Origin: Candidatus Iainarchaeum sp.
GTDB lineage: Archaea; Iainarchaeota; Iainarchaeia; Iainarchaeales; JAGVWC01
Direction of reading: 5' to 3'
Assembly (NCBI GenBank): GCA_018304465.1
Contig: JAGVWC010000012.1
Span: 999 to 64,998 of the forward strand
DNA length: 64,000 nucleotides
Below the pieces are notes generated by a model. The model did no database searches. It was not told the origin of the DNA and saw nothing but the letters and a program-made list of their open reading frames with translations. Position 1 is the stretch's first letter, and each line of letters starts with the position of its first letter. Positions 53,741-64,000 of this stretch are shown here, piece after piece. The position numbers and the translations under genes were made by a program.

Positions 53741-56356
53741 ATGTTGATGAAAAAAATTGCGGCGATTGAATTCAACGTGCTTTCACCGGAACAAATCCGG
53801 AAGATGAGCGCGCTTGAAATCAAGACCCCGGAAACGTACGATAAAGACGGGTACCCCATGGAAGGCGGTCTGATGGATCCGCATCTTGGTGTTATCAATC
53901 CCGGTTTGCGCTGTAAAACCTGCGGTCAACGCATGAAAGATTGTCCCGGTCACTTCGGATCATTGGAAATGGTTCGACCCGTGGTTCATCCCGAATTTTC
54001 GCGAAAACTCGAGGAACTCATGCATTCGTCCTGCCAATCGTGCGGTCGCATCGTGATTTCGGAAGACAAACTCAAGGTGTACGAGCAAGAATTGAAAGAC
54101 AATCCCCAAGCGGATGTCACCAAACGCATTTTGGCGAAAGCGAAAAAAATCACCAAGTGTCCGCATTGCGGAACGGGAAAAGGAACCGTTATTTTGGACC
54201 GTCCGACCAACTTTTATTTGAACAAGGAACGCATCTATCCGACGCAGATCCGCGAATGGGTTGAAAAAGTGCCGGATTCGGATTTGCGATTGATGAGCTA
54301 CGATTCCGAAAAAGTCCGACCCGAATGGTTCGTCATGACGGTGCTTGGAATTCCCCCCATTACGATTCGTCCCTCGATTACGCTTGAATCCGGAATCAAG
54401 TCCGAAGACGACTTGACGCACAAGCTCGTGGATATTGTCCGCATTAACGATCGGTTGCGCGATAACATCGAAGCCGGCGCGCCCCAGTTGATCATCGAAG
54501 ACTTGTGGGATTTGCTTCAGTATCACTTAACCACGTATTTTGACAACAACACCGCGGGTGTTCCCCCGGCAAAACACCGGTCCGGACGCGCCTTGCGAAC
54601 GATTGTTCAGCGATTGAAAGGAAAAAAAGGCCGTTTCAGATACAATTTGACGGGAAAACGCGTCAATTTTGCGGCACGGTCCACGATTTCGCCCGATCCG
54701 TATCTTTCGATTAACGAAGTGGGAATTCCCGAAACCATCGCCCACGAATTAACGGTTCCCGAATACGTGACCGAATGGAACCGTAAAAAAATCGAGGAAT
54801 TAATCAAAAAAACCGACAAGGTCGTGTATTTGGTTCGCCCGAATGGAGTGCGAAAAAAAGTGACCGAAGAAAACCGCGAAGACGTTCTCAAGGAACTCGA
54901 CGCGGGATTTCGGATCGAACGCCAGTTGATGGACGGCGATATTGTCGTGTTCAACCGACAGCCGTCGTTGCACCGCTTGTCCATGATGGGTCATCGCGCG
55001 CGCATCATGCCGAACAAAACCATCCGCATGAATCCGATCGTGTGTAAGCCGTACAATGCGGACTTTGACGGAGACGAAATGAACCTGCATGTCCCGCAGA
55101 CCGAAGAAGGAAAAACCGAAGCGGAACAATTGATGCTGGTTCAAAAACAGATTATTTCGCCGCGTTTTGGCGCACCCGTGATCACGTTTGAAGAAGACGG
55201 AATTTCAGGCGCCTTTTTGCTGACGTTTCCAACCACGCGTTTTACCCGAAAACAAATGATGCAAATGCTTTACAACGCGGGGTTAACGGATTTGCCCGCG
55301 CCGGACGCCGGAAAAGAATACACCGGAAAAGTCATTTTTTCGGAATTGTTACCCGCCGGAATCGATTTGGAATACGAGAGTTTCACGCACAAAAACCTTG
55401 AAAAAGCGGGGTTTTTTGAGAAGGAATCCGACAAAGCCAAGTTTGATACCGTGGTCAAAATAAAGGATTCAAAACTTTTGGCCGGAATCATTGACGCGGA
55501 GTCGCTTGGAGAAGGACGCGGAAAACTCGTGGATTTCCTCGCGCGCGAATATCCACCGGAAATCATTGAAAAGTTTTACATGCAAACCAGCCGCGTGGTC
55601 ATCGAACTCTTGACCATGAAAGGATTGACGGTGGGTTTGGACGAATACGAAACAACCAAAGACACCATGAAAATCCATCAAAAAGCAGTCGAAGAAGAAA
55701 TGGAAGAAACCGCGGAAACCGTGAAAAAATTCGAAAAGAAAACATTGGATCACATTCCGGGCCGCAGTTTGCAGGAAAGCTTTGAAATTTACATGATGCG
55801 AACGGCCGCGAAAGTCAAGAAAAAAGTGGAAAGCCAGATCATGCGCGAGAAAATCGATGAAATGTTCCACTCGCCGTACCCGAAATACAACTCAACGGTT
55901 ATGATCCTGGCCAAGTCGCGCGGTTCTTCGTTAAACCTCGTGAATATTTCAGGAATGTGGGGCCAGGCCGCCGTCCGTGAAGGACGCCCGCGCCGCGGAT
56001 TCAAAGCCCGACTCATCACCAGCAATCGTCCCGGAGACGTAGGCGCGCTTGCGGGCGGATTCATTCAGTCGAATTTCATGGAAGGACTCAACCCGAAAGA
56101 GTTTTTCTATCACTCGATGGGTGGACGCCAGGGAGAAGTCGATACGGGTGTCGCAACCAAAGTATCCGGTTATTTGTACCGCCGATTGGCCAATTCGCTT
56201 AAAGATCTCGTCGTGGTCGAAGACGGATCGGTGCGAACCGCCGCGAATAACCTGATTCAGTTCAAGTACGGAGAAGACGGCGTGTTCCCCGGAAAAGCAA
56301 ATCACACGAAAAGCGTGGATGTCCGCAAAGAATACAAGCGGTTTTTCAAGAAATGA
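53741..56356 (+). CDS. rpoA1: RNA polymerase subunit A' (Rpo1N).
   Basis: Contains 'CKTCGQRMKDCPGHFG', 'NRQPSLHRLSMMGHR' and the catalytic 'YNADFDGDEMNLHVPQ'. An alternative GTG start at 53726 overlaps the rpoB' stop. Confidence 0.95.
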   Translation: MLMKKIAAIEFNVLSPEQIRKMSALEIKTPETYDKDGYPMEGGLMDPHLGVINPGLRCKTCGQRMKDCPGHFGSLEMVRPVVHPEFSRKLEELMHSSCQSCGRIVISEDKLKVYEQELKDNPQADVTKRILAKAKKITKCPHCGTGKGTVILDRPTNFYLNKERIYPTQIREWVEKVPDSDLRLMSYDSEKVRPEWFVMTVLGIPPITIRPSITLESGIKSEDDLTHKLVDIVRINDRLRDNIEAGAPQLIIEDLWDLLQYHLTTYFDNNTAGVPPAKHRSGRALRTIVQRLKGKKGRFRYNLTGKRVNFAARSTISPDPYLSINEVGIPETIAHELTVPEYVTEWNRKKIEELIKKTDKVVYLVRPNGVRKKVTEENREDVLKELDAGFRIERQLMDGDIVVFNRQPSLHRLSMMGHRARIMPNKTIRMNPIVCKPYNADFDGDEMNLHVPQTEEGKTEAEQLMLVQKQIISPRFGAPVITFEEDGISGAFLLTFPTTRFTRKQMMQMLYNAGLTDLPAPDAGKEYTGKVIFSELLPAGIDLEYESFTHKNLEKAGFFEKESDKAKFDTVVKIKDSKLLAGIIDAESLGEGRGKLVDFLAREYPPEIIEKFYMQTSRVVIELLTMKGLTVGLDEYETTKDTMKIHQKAVEEEMEETAETVKKFEKKTLDHIPGRSLQESFEIYMMRTAAKVKKKVESQIMREKIDEMFHSPYPKYNSTVMILAKSRGSSLNLVNISGMWGQAAVREGRPRRGFKARLITSNRPGDVGALAGGFIQSNFMEGLNPKEFFYHSMGGRQGEVDTGVATKVSGYLYRRLANSLKDLVVVEDGSVRTAANNLIQFKYGEDGVFPGKANHTKSVDVRKEYKRFFKK

Positions 56357-56374
56357 AAGAGAGACGGTGAAAAA

Positions 56375-57601
56375 ATGGCAAAGAAAGAAAAAGAACCAGC
56401 AAAGGAAAAACCCGCGCAAGAAACGGGAACGGTTACCGTTGAACAGCCGATTGAAGAGCCCTCGCGCCCGCTGATTACCGGAATGGAAGGACTTCCGAAA
56501 AACATCGTGGATGAATTGTTTGTCGTGATCGATGAAAACAAATTAAGCGATTCGGATTCCAAGAAATTCATCAAGCACGTGGGCAAGAAATATTATGCCA
56601 TGGTCGTGGAACCCGGCGAAGCCGTTGGAATCATCGCCGCGCAGTCCTTGGGAGAACCCGGAACCCAGTTGACGTTGCGAACCAAGCACTTTGCGGGTGC
56701 CGCTGAAGTGTCGGTTGGAAGCGGAATCCAGCGAATGGAAGAAATCGTGGACGGCCGAAGCAAAGCACGGTATCCCACCATGACGATTTATTTGGGCGAA
56801 GAAATTCGCAAAAATCGGGACGAATCCGACAAGTTTTCAAAGTCGTTAATCGACGTGCGAATCGGCGATGTCGTCAAGATCTCGGAAAACCTGACCGAAA
56901 ACCGCGTGGTGTTCCAGCCGGACGAAGAAGCGTTAAGCGAACGGGGAATCGACAAGAAAGAACTGTTTGAAAAAATCGAAAAACAATTGAAAGCAAAGGG
57001 AACATCCAAGAAAAACGGGTTGGAATTCGCGTTCGGAAAAGAGCCTTTGTTAAAAGTGCGCCGAAGCGTGCTCAAAACCCTTGCGACCCGCAGCCAAGGC
57101 GTACGCGGAATCGACAAGACGATTCTGGTCCAAGAAAACGGCGAATTCGTCGTGAAAACCAGCGGAACCAATCTAAAGGCGATTTTGAAAATGCTCGAGA
57201 TCGATCCGGTGCGCACGACCACCAACGACGTCAAGGAAATTTCAAAAGTGCTGGGAATCGAAGCGGGCCGCCAGGCGATCGTCAACGAGCTTTACAAGAA
57301 TCTGAAAGACAACGGAATCGCCGTTGACATCCGTCACATCATGGTGCTTGCGGATCTCATGACGTTTGACGGCGAAATCCGCGGAATCGTCCGGACGGGA
57401 ATCACCAAGATGAAAGAATCCCCGTTTGCGCGCGCGGCGTTTGAAGAAACCACCAAACATCTGTTGGACGCGGCGTTCAAGGGCGAAAAAGACTTTTTAA
57501 CCGGTGTGGTTGAGAATATCATTGTGGGCCAACCCATCAAAGTGGGAACCGGCCGCGTCGAATTGATGATGAAACCCATCGACAAGAAAAAGGTGAAATG
57601 A
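56375..57601 (+). CDS. rpoA2: RNA polymerase subunit A'' (Rpo1C).
   Basis: Contains '[29 protein letters not shown]' and '[19 protein letters not shown]'. Confidence 0.95.
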   Translation: MAKKEKEPAKEKPAQETGTVTVEQPIEEPSRPLITGMEGLPKNIVDELFVVIDENKLSDSDSKKFIKHVGKKYYAMVVEPGEAVGIIAAQSLGEPGTQLTLRTKHFAGAAEVSVGSGIQRMEEIVDGRSKARYPTMTIYLGEEIRKNRDESDKFSKSLIDVRIGDVVKISENLTENRVVFQPDEEALSERGIDKKELFEKIEKQLKAKGTSKKNGLEFAFGKEPLLKVRRSVLKTLATRSQGVRGIDKTILVQENGEFVVKTSGTNLKAILKMLEIDPVRTTTNDVKEISKVLGIEAGRQAIVNELYKNLKDNGIAVDIRHIMVLADLMTFDGEIRGIVRTGITKMKESPFARAAFEETTKHLLDAAFKGEKDFLTGVVENIIVGQPIKVGTGRVELMMKPIDKKKVK

Positions 57602-57602
57602 A

Positions 57603-57947
57603 ATGGACATGGTAGAGATTCAGCGCGAAATCCGAAGAAGTGTCGATACGGGAAAAGTAGCGTTTGGAGAAAAGGAAACCGAGAAGAACGTTTTAAAAGG
57701 AAACGGGGCGTTAATTATTGTAAGCGATAGTGCGACGGCTTCAACCAAGGAAAAAGCCAAGCATTGGTCCAAAATCTTCAGTATTCCGGTTTTTGAGTAC
57801 CACGGAAAAGGACTCGAACTCGGTTCGGTTTGTGGAAAACCATTCTCGGTTGGAACCATGCTCGTGCTCGATTCCGGCAAAAGCCGCGTACTCGAAGTCA
57901 TAGCTGTTCCCGCTTCAGCGAAAAAAACAAAGAAAACCAGAGAATAA
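57603..57947 (+). CDS. rpl30e: Ribosomal protein eL30 (L30e).
   Basis: Contains 'GKVAFGEKETEKNVLKGNGALIIVS'. Sits at the conserved position after rpoA''. Confidence 0.85.
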   Translation: MDMVEIQREIRRSVDTGKVAFGEKETEKNVLKGNGALIIVSDSATASTKEKAKHWSKIFSIPVFEYHGKGLELGSVCGKPFSVGTMLVLDSGKSRVLEVIAVPASAKKTKKTRE

Positions 57948-57948
57948 G

Positions 57949-58362
57949 ATGAAGTTTGGCGAACAGGAAATACAGCTGCTAAACGCTTTGCGCTCGATTT
58001 CGCGGGTGGAAGCAAAGGATTGCTTGGTTTTGGACAAAACCATAAGTTTTGTCGTGGAAGAAGGAAAAATCGGCCAGGCGATCGGAAAAGGCGGCCAAAA
58101 CATCAAAAAACTCGAGGAAACATTCAAGAAAAGAATCGAAATCGTTGAGTTTAGGGAAAAACCGGAAAATTTTTTGGCCGGCGCGTTTTCGAACATCAAA
58201 TTCAACGGTTTTGAGTTTTCGCAAAACGGAGAACAAAAAAAAGTTCTGGTCGCGAAAACGGATCAGGAAAACAAGAGGAAATTGCTTAACAGCACGGGAA
58301 AATTAAAACGCATGAAAGAGTTGCTTGAACGCAACTTCGATATTGCGGATGTAAAAATTTAA
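57949..58362 (+). CDS. nusA: Archaeal NusA-like KH-domain termination factor.
   Basis: KH motif 'GQAIGKGGQNIKKLEETF'. About 137 aa, at the conserved position before rps12. Confidence 0.85.
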   Translation: MKFGEQEIQLLNALRSISRVEAKDCLVLDKTISFVVEEGKIGQAIGKGGQNIKKLEETFKKRIEIVEFREKPENFLAGAFSNIKFNGFEFSQNGEQKKVLVAKTDQENKRKLLNSTGKLKRMKELLERNFDIADVKI

Positions 58363-58374
58363 ACGGTGAAAAAA

Positions 58375-58803
58375 ATGGGATATGGAGAATTTGCAGCTCG
58401 CCAATTGGAACGCAAAAGAATGAAGTGGCGCAAAAAAAAGCGAGTGAACAAGGAAAGAATCTTTAAGACGCGCGAAAAGTTCGACATGCTCGAAGGCGCT
58501 CCGCAAGGAAAAGGAATCGTCATCGAAAAACGAACCGTCGAAGCAAAACAACCGAATTCCGGTTTGCGAAAATGCGTGCGCGTGCAGTTGATCAAAAACG
58601 GCCGCCAGTTGACGGCATTGGCTCCGCGCGACGGCGCCATCAAGTTTATCGACGAGCACGACGAAGTCATTGTCGAAGGAATCGGCGGCGCTCGACACGG
58701 TCCCAAAGGAGACTTGTGGGGAGTGAAATACCGCGTTACGCATGTCAACGGCCAGCCTTTGCAGATGCTGCGAAAAGGAAAAATCGAAAAGGCCAAACGA
58801 TAA
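58375..58803 (+). CDS. rps12: Ribosomal protein uS12.
   Basis: Contains '[30 protein letters not shown]' and '[11 protein letters not shown]'. The ATG at 58375 has GGTGA upstream. An alternative GTG start is at 58366. Confidence 0.92.
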   Translation: MGYGEFAARQLERKRMKWRKKKRVNKERIFKTREKFDMLEGAPQGKGIVIEKRTVEAKQPNSGLRKCVRVQLIKNGRQLTALAPRDGAIKFIDEHDEVIVEGIGGARHGPKGDLWGVKYRVTHVNGQPLQMLRKGKIEKAKR

Positions 58804-58818
58804 AGGAATGGATGATTT

Positions 58819-59445
58819 ATGGAACAACAGGAAGCAGGATTCAAGCCCAAGATATTCGGAAAATATTCGACCGACGGGGTCAAAATCAACGATGTGAGCC
58901 TCGCGCCGTACATCAATTTGGAACCGCACAACACGCCGCATAGTTTCGGCCGTGCAGCAGCCGCGCGATTCGGAAAAGGAAAAGTCAACATCGTGGAACG
59001 ATTGATCAACAAGGTCATGCGAAGCGGGCAAGGAAAACGCAAAATGTCCGGAAAATACATTCGCGGTCGCGGTGCCACGGGAAAAAAAATCAACGCCATG
59101 AAAATCATCGAAAAAGCATTTGAAATCATTGAAAGAGAAACCAAGCAAAACCCGGTTCAGATTCTGATCCAGGCCATCGAAAATTCGGCCATGCGCGAAG
59201 ACACGACGCGGATCAAGAAAGGCGGAGTCGCGTATTCGGTTTCGGTGGATGTTTCACCGATGCGGCGCGTGGACGAAGCCGTCAAGAACCTGGGTTTGGC
59301 GGGATTCGCATCTTCTTTTAACAGCAAAGTTTCTGCCGAAGAAGGACTCGCAAAAGAAATCATCCTGGCTGCCAAAGGCGATAACGCTTCTTTTTCCATC
59401 CGTCGCCGCGACGAAGTCGAGCGCATCGCGATGGCTTCACGATAA
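58819..59445 (+). CDS. rps7: Ribosomal protein uS7.
   Basis: Contains 'NPVQILIQAIENSAMREDTTRIKKGGVAYSVSVDVSP.RR'. Confidence 0.92.
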   Translation: MEQQEAGFKPKIFGKYSTDGVKINDVSLAPYINLEPHNTPHSFGRAAAARFGKGKVNIVERLINKVMRSGQGKRKMSGKYIRGRGATGKKINAMKIIEKAFEIIERETKQNPVQILIQAIENSAMREDTTRIKKGGVAYSVSVDVSPMRRVDEAVKNLGLAGFASSFNSKVSAEEGLAKEIILAAKGDNASFSIRRRDEVERIAMASR

Positions 59446-59469
59446 TGAAAACACGCAAGGGATGATGCG

Positions 59470-61665
59470 ATGGGTCGACGAGAAGAAATGGTGGCTTTGG
59501 CCGAAAAGCTGATGCAAAGCAAGGACAACATCCGGAACATCGGAACCGTTGCCCACATCGATCACGGAAAAACCACGTTATCCGACTCGTTGATTGCCGC
59601 CGCGGGACTGATTTCCCACGAAGCCGCGGGAAACGCGCAAGTCATGGATTATGAAGACCAGGAACAAGAACGCGGAATCACGATTAATGCGGCGAATATT
59701 TCGCTCGTGTTCAATTTCGAAGGAACTCAGACATTGGTCAATCTGATCGATACGCCGGGTCACGTGGATTTTACGGGCGAAGTCATCCGGGCCATGCGTG
59801 CCGTTGACGGCGTGATCGTCGTGGTCGACGCAGTGGAAGGAATCATGCCACAGACCGAAACCGTGATTCGCCAGGCATTACGCGAATACGTGCAACCCGT
59901 TTTATTCATCAACAAGGTTGACCGATTAATCAAGGAACTGCAGGTCACTGAAGAAGACATGCAAAAACGATTCGCCAAAATCATTACCGCGGTCAACACG
60001 CTGATTGTCAAAAACGCGCCGGATCAGTTCAAGAAGGATTGGCAAGTCGACGCGGTCAAGGGAACCGTCGCCTTTGGAAGCGCCAAGCGAAAATGGGCGG
60101 TTTCGGTTCCGTACATGCAAAAATCCAACATCAAGTTCAAACAAGTGTATGATCATCTGAAAAACGACCAGGAAGGCGAATTGGCCAAGATTTCCCCGGT
60201 CCACGAAGTCACGTTGCAGATGGTTAAGAATTTCTTACCGTCGCCGAAAAAAGCCCAAGCATACCGTATCCGCCGCATCTGGGCGGGGGATCAGGAACTG
60301 CCGATTTACAAAAGCATGACGACGTGCGATGAAAAAGGCGATATCGCCATGATGATTACGGATGTTTCGGTCGACCAGCACGCGGGAGACATCGCGACTG
60401 GCCGTATTTATTCGGGAACCGTCGAGCCCGGCATGACCGTCAAACTCGTTGGAATGCAAAAAGATGCGCGAGTGCAAAAAGTCGGATTGTTTATGGGAAA
60501 CGAGTTCATCAATGTTTCGCACGCGGGACCCGGAAACATCGCGGCGTTGGTCGGAATCAAGGATGTGTACGCCGGTGAAACCGTTTCCACGGCCGCCGAT
60601 ATGAAAGAATTCGAATCGTTTATGAGCTCGGTCGAACCGGTCATTACTGTCAGTGTCGAAGCCAAAAAAACGCAGGATTTACCGAAACTGATCACTGCGA
60701 TCCGCCAGTTGACCAAAGAAGACCCAAACCTGCGCGCGTCGATCAACCAGGAGACCGGCGAACATTTGCTCTCCGGAATGGGTGAATTGCACCTTGATGT
60801 CAACCGCTACCGGATTGAAAACAATTACAAGGTTCCCGTGCAGATGGGAAACCCGATTGTCGTGTACAAAGAAACCATGACCAAAAAGTCGCCGACACTT
60901 GAAGGAAAGACTCCGAACCGGCATAACCGGTTCTTGATGCACGTCGAACCGTTATCCAAAGACTTTCTTGAAAAACTCATTGACACCAAGATCGATGGGA
61001 AAATCCGCGACAAGGACCGCGCGATCGTGGACAAACTGATCGAAATCGGTCTTGACCGCGACGAAGCCAAGAAAACCTGGGCAGTTCACAACAACAGCCT
61101 GCTCGTGGATGCGACCCGCGGAATTTCATCCTTGTTTGAAATCAAAGAACTGGTAATCCAGGGGTTTAACGACGCACTGGATGCCGGACCGCTGGCGAAA
61201 GAAAAAGTATTCGGACTCAAAGTCGTGCTTGAAGATGCGACCTTGCACGAAGACTCGATTCACCGCGGACCCGCGCAAATGCTGCCCGCGATGGTGCGAA
61301 CCATTTACGCCGGCGTCTTGGCCGGAAACCCGGTGCTCTACGAACCAAAGCAATTATTGACGATCACGGTGCCGCAGGACCAAATGGGTTCTACCACCAA
61401 GGAATTGTCGGCCCGCCGGACCCAGATTCAGGAAATGCGCACCGAAGGCGACGCCACGGTCATTATTTCCAAGGCTCCGGTCAAGGAACTAATCGGGTTT
61501 GCCGCGGCGATCCGTGGCGCGACCCAGGGACGCGCGATTTGGACCGCCGAGTACGCGGGATACGAACAATTGCCCACAGAACTCCAAAAACCCACGATTA
61601 CGGAGATCCGTAAACGCAAGGGAATGGACCCGGAAGTCAAAGCGTTCACGTTCTTTTTGGATTGA
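59470..61665 (+). CDS. fusA: Elongation factor 2 (aEF-2).
   Basis: Contains 'NIGTVAHIDHGKTTLSD', 'DTPGHVDF', 'NKVDR' and the diphthamide loop 'HEDSIHRGPAQ'. Confidence 0.95.
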   Translation: MGRREEMVALAEKLMQSKDNIRNIGTVAHIDHGKTTLSDSLIAAAGLISHEAAGNAQVMDYEDQEQERGITINAANISLVFNFEGTQTLVNLIDTPGHVDFTGEVIRAMRAVDGVIVVVDAVEGIMPQTETVIRQALREYVQPVLFINKVDRLIKELQVTEEDMQKRFAKIITAVNTLIVKNAPDQFKKDWQVDAVKGTVAFGSAKRKWAVSVPYMQKSNIKFKQVYDHLKNDQEGELAKISPVHEVTLQMVKNFLPSPKKAQAYRIRRIWAGDQELPIYKSMTTCDEKGDIAMMITDVSVDQHAGDIATGRIYSGTVEPGMTVKLVGMQKDARVQKVGLFMGNEFINVSHAGPGNIAALVGIKDVYAGETVSTAADMKEFESFMSSVEPVITVSVEAKKTQDLPKLITAIRQLTKEDPNLRASINQETGEHLLSGMGELHLDVNRYRIENNYKVPVQMGNPIVVYKETMTKKSPTLEGKTPNRHNRFLMHVEPLSKDFLEKLIDTKIDGKIRDKDRAIVDKLIEIGLDRDEAKKTWAVHNNSLLVDATRGISSLFEIKELVIQGFNDALDAGPLAKEKVFGLKVVLEDATLHEDSIHRGPAQMLPAMVRTIYAGVLAGNPVLYEPKQLLTITVPQDQMGSTTKELSARRTQIQEMRTEGDATVIISKAPVKELIGFAAAIRGATQGRAIWTAEYAGYEQLPTELQKPTITEIRKRKGMDPEVKAFTFFLD

Positions 61666-61675
61666 AAAAACCAGG

Positions 61676-61704
61676 AAAGAACCCTTGGAAACGGGTTCTT
61701 TTTC
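61676..61704 (+). terminator. Hairpin plus T tract after aEF-2.
   Basis: 'AAAGAACCC' (61676-61684) pairs with 'GGGTTCTTT' (61693-61701) across an 8-nt loop and is followed by TT(C). Lies 11 nt after the stop codon. Confidence 0.4.
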
Positions 61705-61805
61705 AATGGTTTTTTAAAGAGTTGTGTTCGAAGAATATTGTAGTTATGTTAAACGCGAGAATCGGCTTTTTTAGCACAGATTCGATGATTTGGAGGTAAT
61801 TTGTC

Positions 61806-63083
61806 ATGGCAACAAAGCCGCATATAAACCTGATCTTCATTGGTCACGTCGACCACGGTAAGTCCACTACAGTTGGACGACTATTGTACGATACTGGGTC
61901 GTTGTCGGAACAGGAATACAGAAAATTGAAAGAAGAAGCCGACAGCCGAGGAAAAGGTTCGTTTGCATTCGCATATGCCATGGACCGCCTTAAAGAAGAA
62001 CGCGAACGCGGTGTTACCATCGACGTGGCGTACAAAAAGTTTCAGGGAAAGAAAAACGATTTTACGATTATCGATGCCCCGGGACACAAAGACTTTATCA
62101 AAAATATGATTACCGGAACCAGCCAGGCAGACGCCGCGGTGTTGGTTTGTGCCGCCAAGGAAGGAATCCAGCCGCAGACCAAAGAACACGCGTTCTTGGC
62201 TCAAGTGATGGGTTTGAAACAGTTGATCGTCGCGTTCAACAAAATGGACGAAGTCAACTATGATGAAAAGAAATTCAACGAAGTTAAAGACGAAATGACC
62301 AAGTTGCTCCAAAGCGTCGGATACAAAATGGATACCGTCAAGTTTATCCCGATTTCCGCGTTTTTGGGAGACAATGTCGCCAAGAAATCCGAAAAACTGG
62401 CATGGTTTAAAGGCCCGACGTTGGTTGAAGCATGCGACGAATTGGTCGCACCCGTGTTGCCGACCGACAAGCCGTTGCGCATGCCGTTGCAGGACGTTTA
62501 CACGATCAAAGGAGTCGGAACTGTTCCGGTGGGACGAATCGAAACCGGAATCATGCGACCCAACGACAAGATTATCGTGATGCCGTCCGGAAAAACCGGC
62601 GAAGTAAAATCGATTGAAATGCACCACGAGTCTTTGACCGAAGCAAAACCGGGAGACAACGTGGGAATCAATGTTCGCGGACTGAACCGAGAAGATTTGG
62701 CCAAAGGCGACGTGATTGGACATGTGTCGGATCCGCCCATGGTAGCCAAGGATTTTACGGCGCAGATCGTGGTGTTGAATCACCCGACGGCAATCCCGAT
62801 CGGATACACTCCGGTGTTCCACTTGCATACCGTGCAATTGTCCTGTACTTTGACGGAAATCCAAAAGAAATTGGATCCGAAAACCGGTCAGGTCAAGGAA
62901 GAGAACCCGAAGTTCCTCAAAACCGGCGACGTTGCAATCGTCAAGATTACGCCGTTAAAGCCTCTTGTTGTGGAAGAATTCAAGAAATTCCCGCAATTGG
63001 GTCGCTTTGCTATCCGTGATATGGGTCAAACCGTTGCGGCTGGCATTGTTTTGAGCGTCACGCCAAGAGAAGCCAAGAAGTAA
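61806..63083 (+). CDS. tuf: Elongation factor 1-alpha (aEF-1a).
   Basis: Contains '[15 protein letters not shown]', 'DAPGHKDF' and 'NKMD'. GGAGGT lies 8 nt upstream of the ATG. Confidence 0.95.
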   Translation: MATKPHINLIFIGHVDHGKSTTVGRLLYDTGSLSEQEYRKLKEEADSRGKGSFAFAYAMDRLKEERERGVTIDVAYKKFQGKKNDFTIIDAPGHKDFIKNMITGTSQADAAVLVCAAKEGIQPQTKEHAFLAQVMGLKQLIVAFNKMDEVNYDEKKFNEVKDEMTKLLQSVGYKMDTVKFIPISAFLGDNVAKKSEKLAWFKGPTLVEACDELVAPVLPTDKPLRMPLQDVYTIKGVGTVPVGRIETGIMRPNDKIIVMPSGKTGEVKSIEMHHESLTEAKPGDNVGINVRGLNREDLAKGDVIGHVSDPPMVAKDFTAQIVVLNHPTAIPIGYTPVFHLHTVQLSCTLTEIQKKLDPKTGQVKEENPKFLKTGDVAIVKITPLKPLVVEEFKKFPQLGRFAIRDMGQTVAAGIVLSVTPREAKK

Positions 63084-63150
63084 TTTTCTTCTCCTTCTCT
63101 TTTTTAATCTTTTTTCCAAACACTTAGTATAGAATTCATTGTGATATTTT

Positions 63151-63462
63151 ATGGCTGAAAGAGCACGAATCAAACTTAGTTCGCCTTCCTACGATCAGGT
63201 TTCGGATATTGCCGCGAAAATTATCGACATCGCGGAAAAAGCCGGTACCAAGCATTCGGGAGCGATTCCGTTGCCAACCAAAAAACTGACGGTTCCGACC
63301 CGAAAAGCCCCGTGCGGTGGCGGAACGGAAACCTACGAAAAATGGCAAATGCGAATCCACAAACGCATTATTGATATTGCTCCGGATGTCCGGACATTGC
63401 ATCGCGTGATGCGAATCGACATTCCCGAAAACGTCCGAATGGAAATCGATTTGAAATCGTAA
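63151..63462 (+). CDS. rps10: Ribosomal protein uS10.
   Basis: Contains 'RIKLSS.....V......I...A...G......PLPTK' and 'HKRIIDI'. Sits at the conserved position after tuf. Confidence 0.9.
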   Translation: MAERARIKLSSPSYDQVSDIAAKIIDIAEKAGTKHSGAIPLPTKKLTVPTRKAPCGGGTETYEKWQMRIHKRIIDIAPDVRTLHRVMRIDIPENVRMEIDLKS

Positions 63463-63467
63463 AACTA

Positions 63468-63488
63468 TTTTTTTCAATCTTTTTTTCA
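63468..63488 (+). terminator. T-rich tracts after rps10.
   Basis: 'TATTTTTTTCAATCTTTTTTTC' lies between the convergent genes. Confidence 0.3.
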
Positions 63489-63496
63489 ACAAGCAT

Positions 63497-64000
63497 TTAT
63501 CCGATTCTGATTTTTCCCATGGCGATCAGGGCCGCCAGTGCAAGGATGAGTAGGATCACCAGCAAAACCAAAAGAATCGGTAACAGCGATTTGGACAGTT
63601 TTGAAACCGTGCGCGGCACCGTGACGTACGCGGGCGGGTTTTGTTTTTCGCGATCCATTTTGATTTTTTGTTCGACTTCCCACAGACTTAATCCTCGCGG
63701 TTTGATTTTGGCAAGGTTTGACAACGACAAGCGGTCGGTTGCGTTTTCGGTTTTTGGTCGTTTGGCGCTGTACTTCGAAACAAGCGCAGTATCCGTCGCC
63801 GACAACAATGTTTCATCCGGCAAAACGTCCATGAAGCTTTGCGGCGGAAAAAAAACGGTTTTTACCGGCGAAAGCAGTTCTCCTTTCGGGTTTAGCGCGG
63901 AAACGAATCCGGTTCCGACCGCCAAAGTTTTGAGTTCGTCGGAAAGCGCGTAAAAATCGCTTTTGGGAAACGCGCCCGCAATGGCTTTGAGGTCTTTTAC
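63497..64000 (-). CDS. Hypothetical protein with a C-terminal TM anchor. It is partial, and its 5' end lies beyond the window.
   Basis: The reading frame stays open from 64000 to the stop at 63497. The ORF-track start at 63925 is a TTG inside this open frame. The C-terminus is 'LLPILLVLLVILLILALAALIAMG'. Confidence 0.4.
   Translation of the reverse strand, partial: VKDLKAIAGAFPKSDFYALSDELKTLAVGTGFVSALNPKGELLSPVKTVFFPPQSFMDVLPDETLLSATDTALVSKYSAKRPKTENATDRLSLSNLAKIKPRGLSLWEVEQKIKMDREKQNPPAYVTVPRTVSKLSKSLLPILLVLLVILLILALAALIAMGKIRIG

Noticed and set aside
61881-62864. Long minus-strand ORFs opposite tuf, rps12/rps7 (58303-59148, 58359-59144), rpoB' (52230-53012) and lpdA/E2 (10113-10808, 10475-11047).
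   Set aside because: They lie opposite universally conserved genes with unmistakable motifs, so they are typical shadow ORFs.
1-64000. CRISPR arrays, transposases, integrases, toxin-antitoxin pairs or recognisable defence genes.
   Set aside because: No regularly spaced direct repeats were seen, and no ORFs have DDE, tyrosine-recombinase or serine-recombinase, Cas or nuclease-ATPase hallmarks. The only long DNA repeats lie inside the paralogous giant genes.

Overview
This is an archaeal chromosomal fragment. The evidence is a split RNA polymerase B''/B' and A'/A'', the conserved block rpoH-rpoB-rpoA-L30e-NusA-S12-S7-aEF2-aEF1alpha-S10, and a CTP-type riboflavin kinase. All calls come from reading the supplied translations and DNA by eye; no database search was run.

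Layout:
- 1-5.6 kb, mostly minus strand: a squalene/phytoene-synthase fragment, a lipoprotein, an SdpI-like membrane protein, and a riboflavin-salvage operon (wHTH-riboflavin kinase, ECF S component, fused EcfAA', EcfT).
- 6-13.5 kb: lipoyl synthase, a complete 2-oxoacid dehydrogenase complex (E1a, E1b, E2, E3), an RNase HIII-like gene and a split lipoate-protein ligase (LplA plus LplB).
- 13.6-41.8 kb, 44% of the window: a same-strand tandem array of giant paralogous envelope proteins built from two module types, A and B. The array contains two A+B gene pairs and two A-B fusions of 2606 and 2429 aa. I could not assign the B core, the N-terminal motif or the fusion linker to any named family. 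This array is the main candidate for an undescribed system.
- 41.9-49.9 kb: a lipoprotein, membrane proteins, two geranylgeranyl-reductase paralogs, a stand-alone ThiI PP-loop domain, Fe/Mn SOD, MscS, a split lycopene-cyclase-domain pair and a BtuF-like binding protein.
- 50.1-63.5 kb: the RNA polymerase, ribosomal protein and elongation factor supercluster.

I recognised no rRNA, tRNA, CRISPR array, transposase or integrase.
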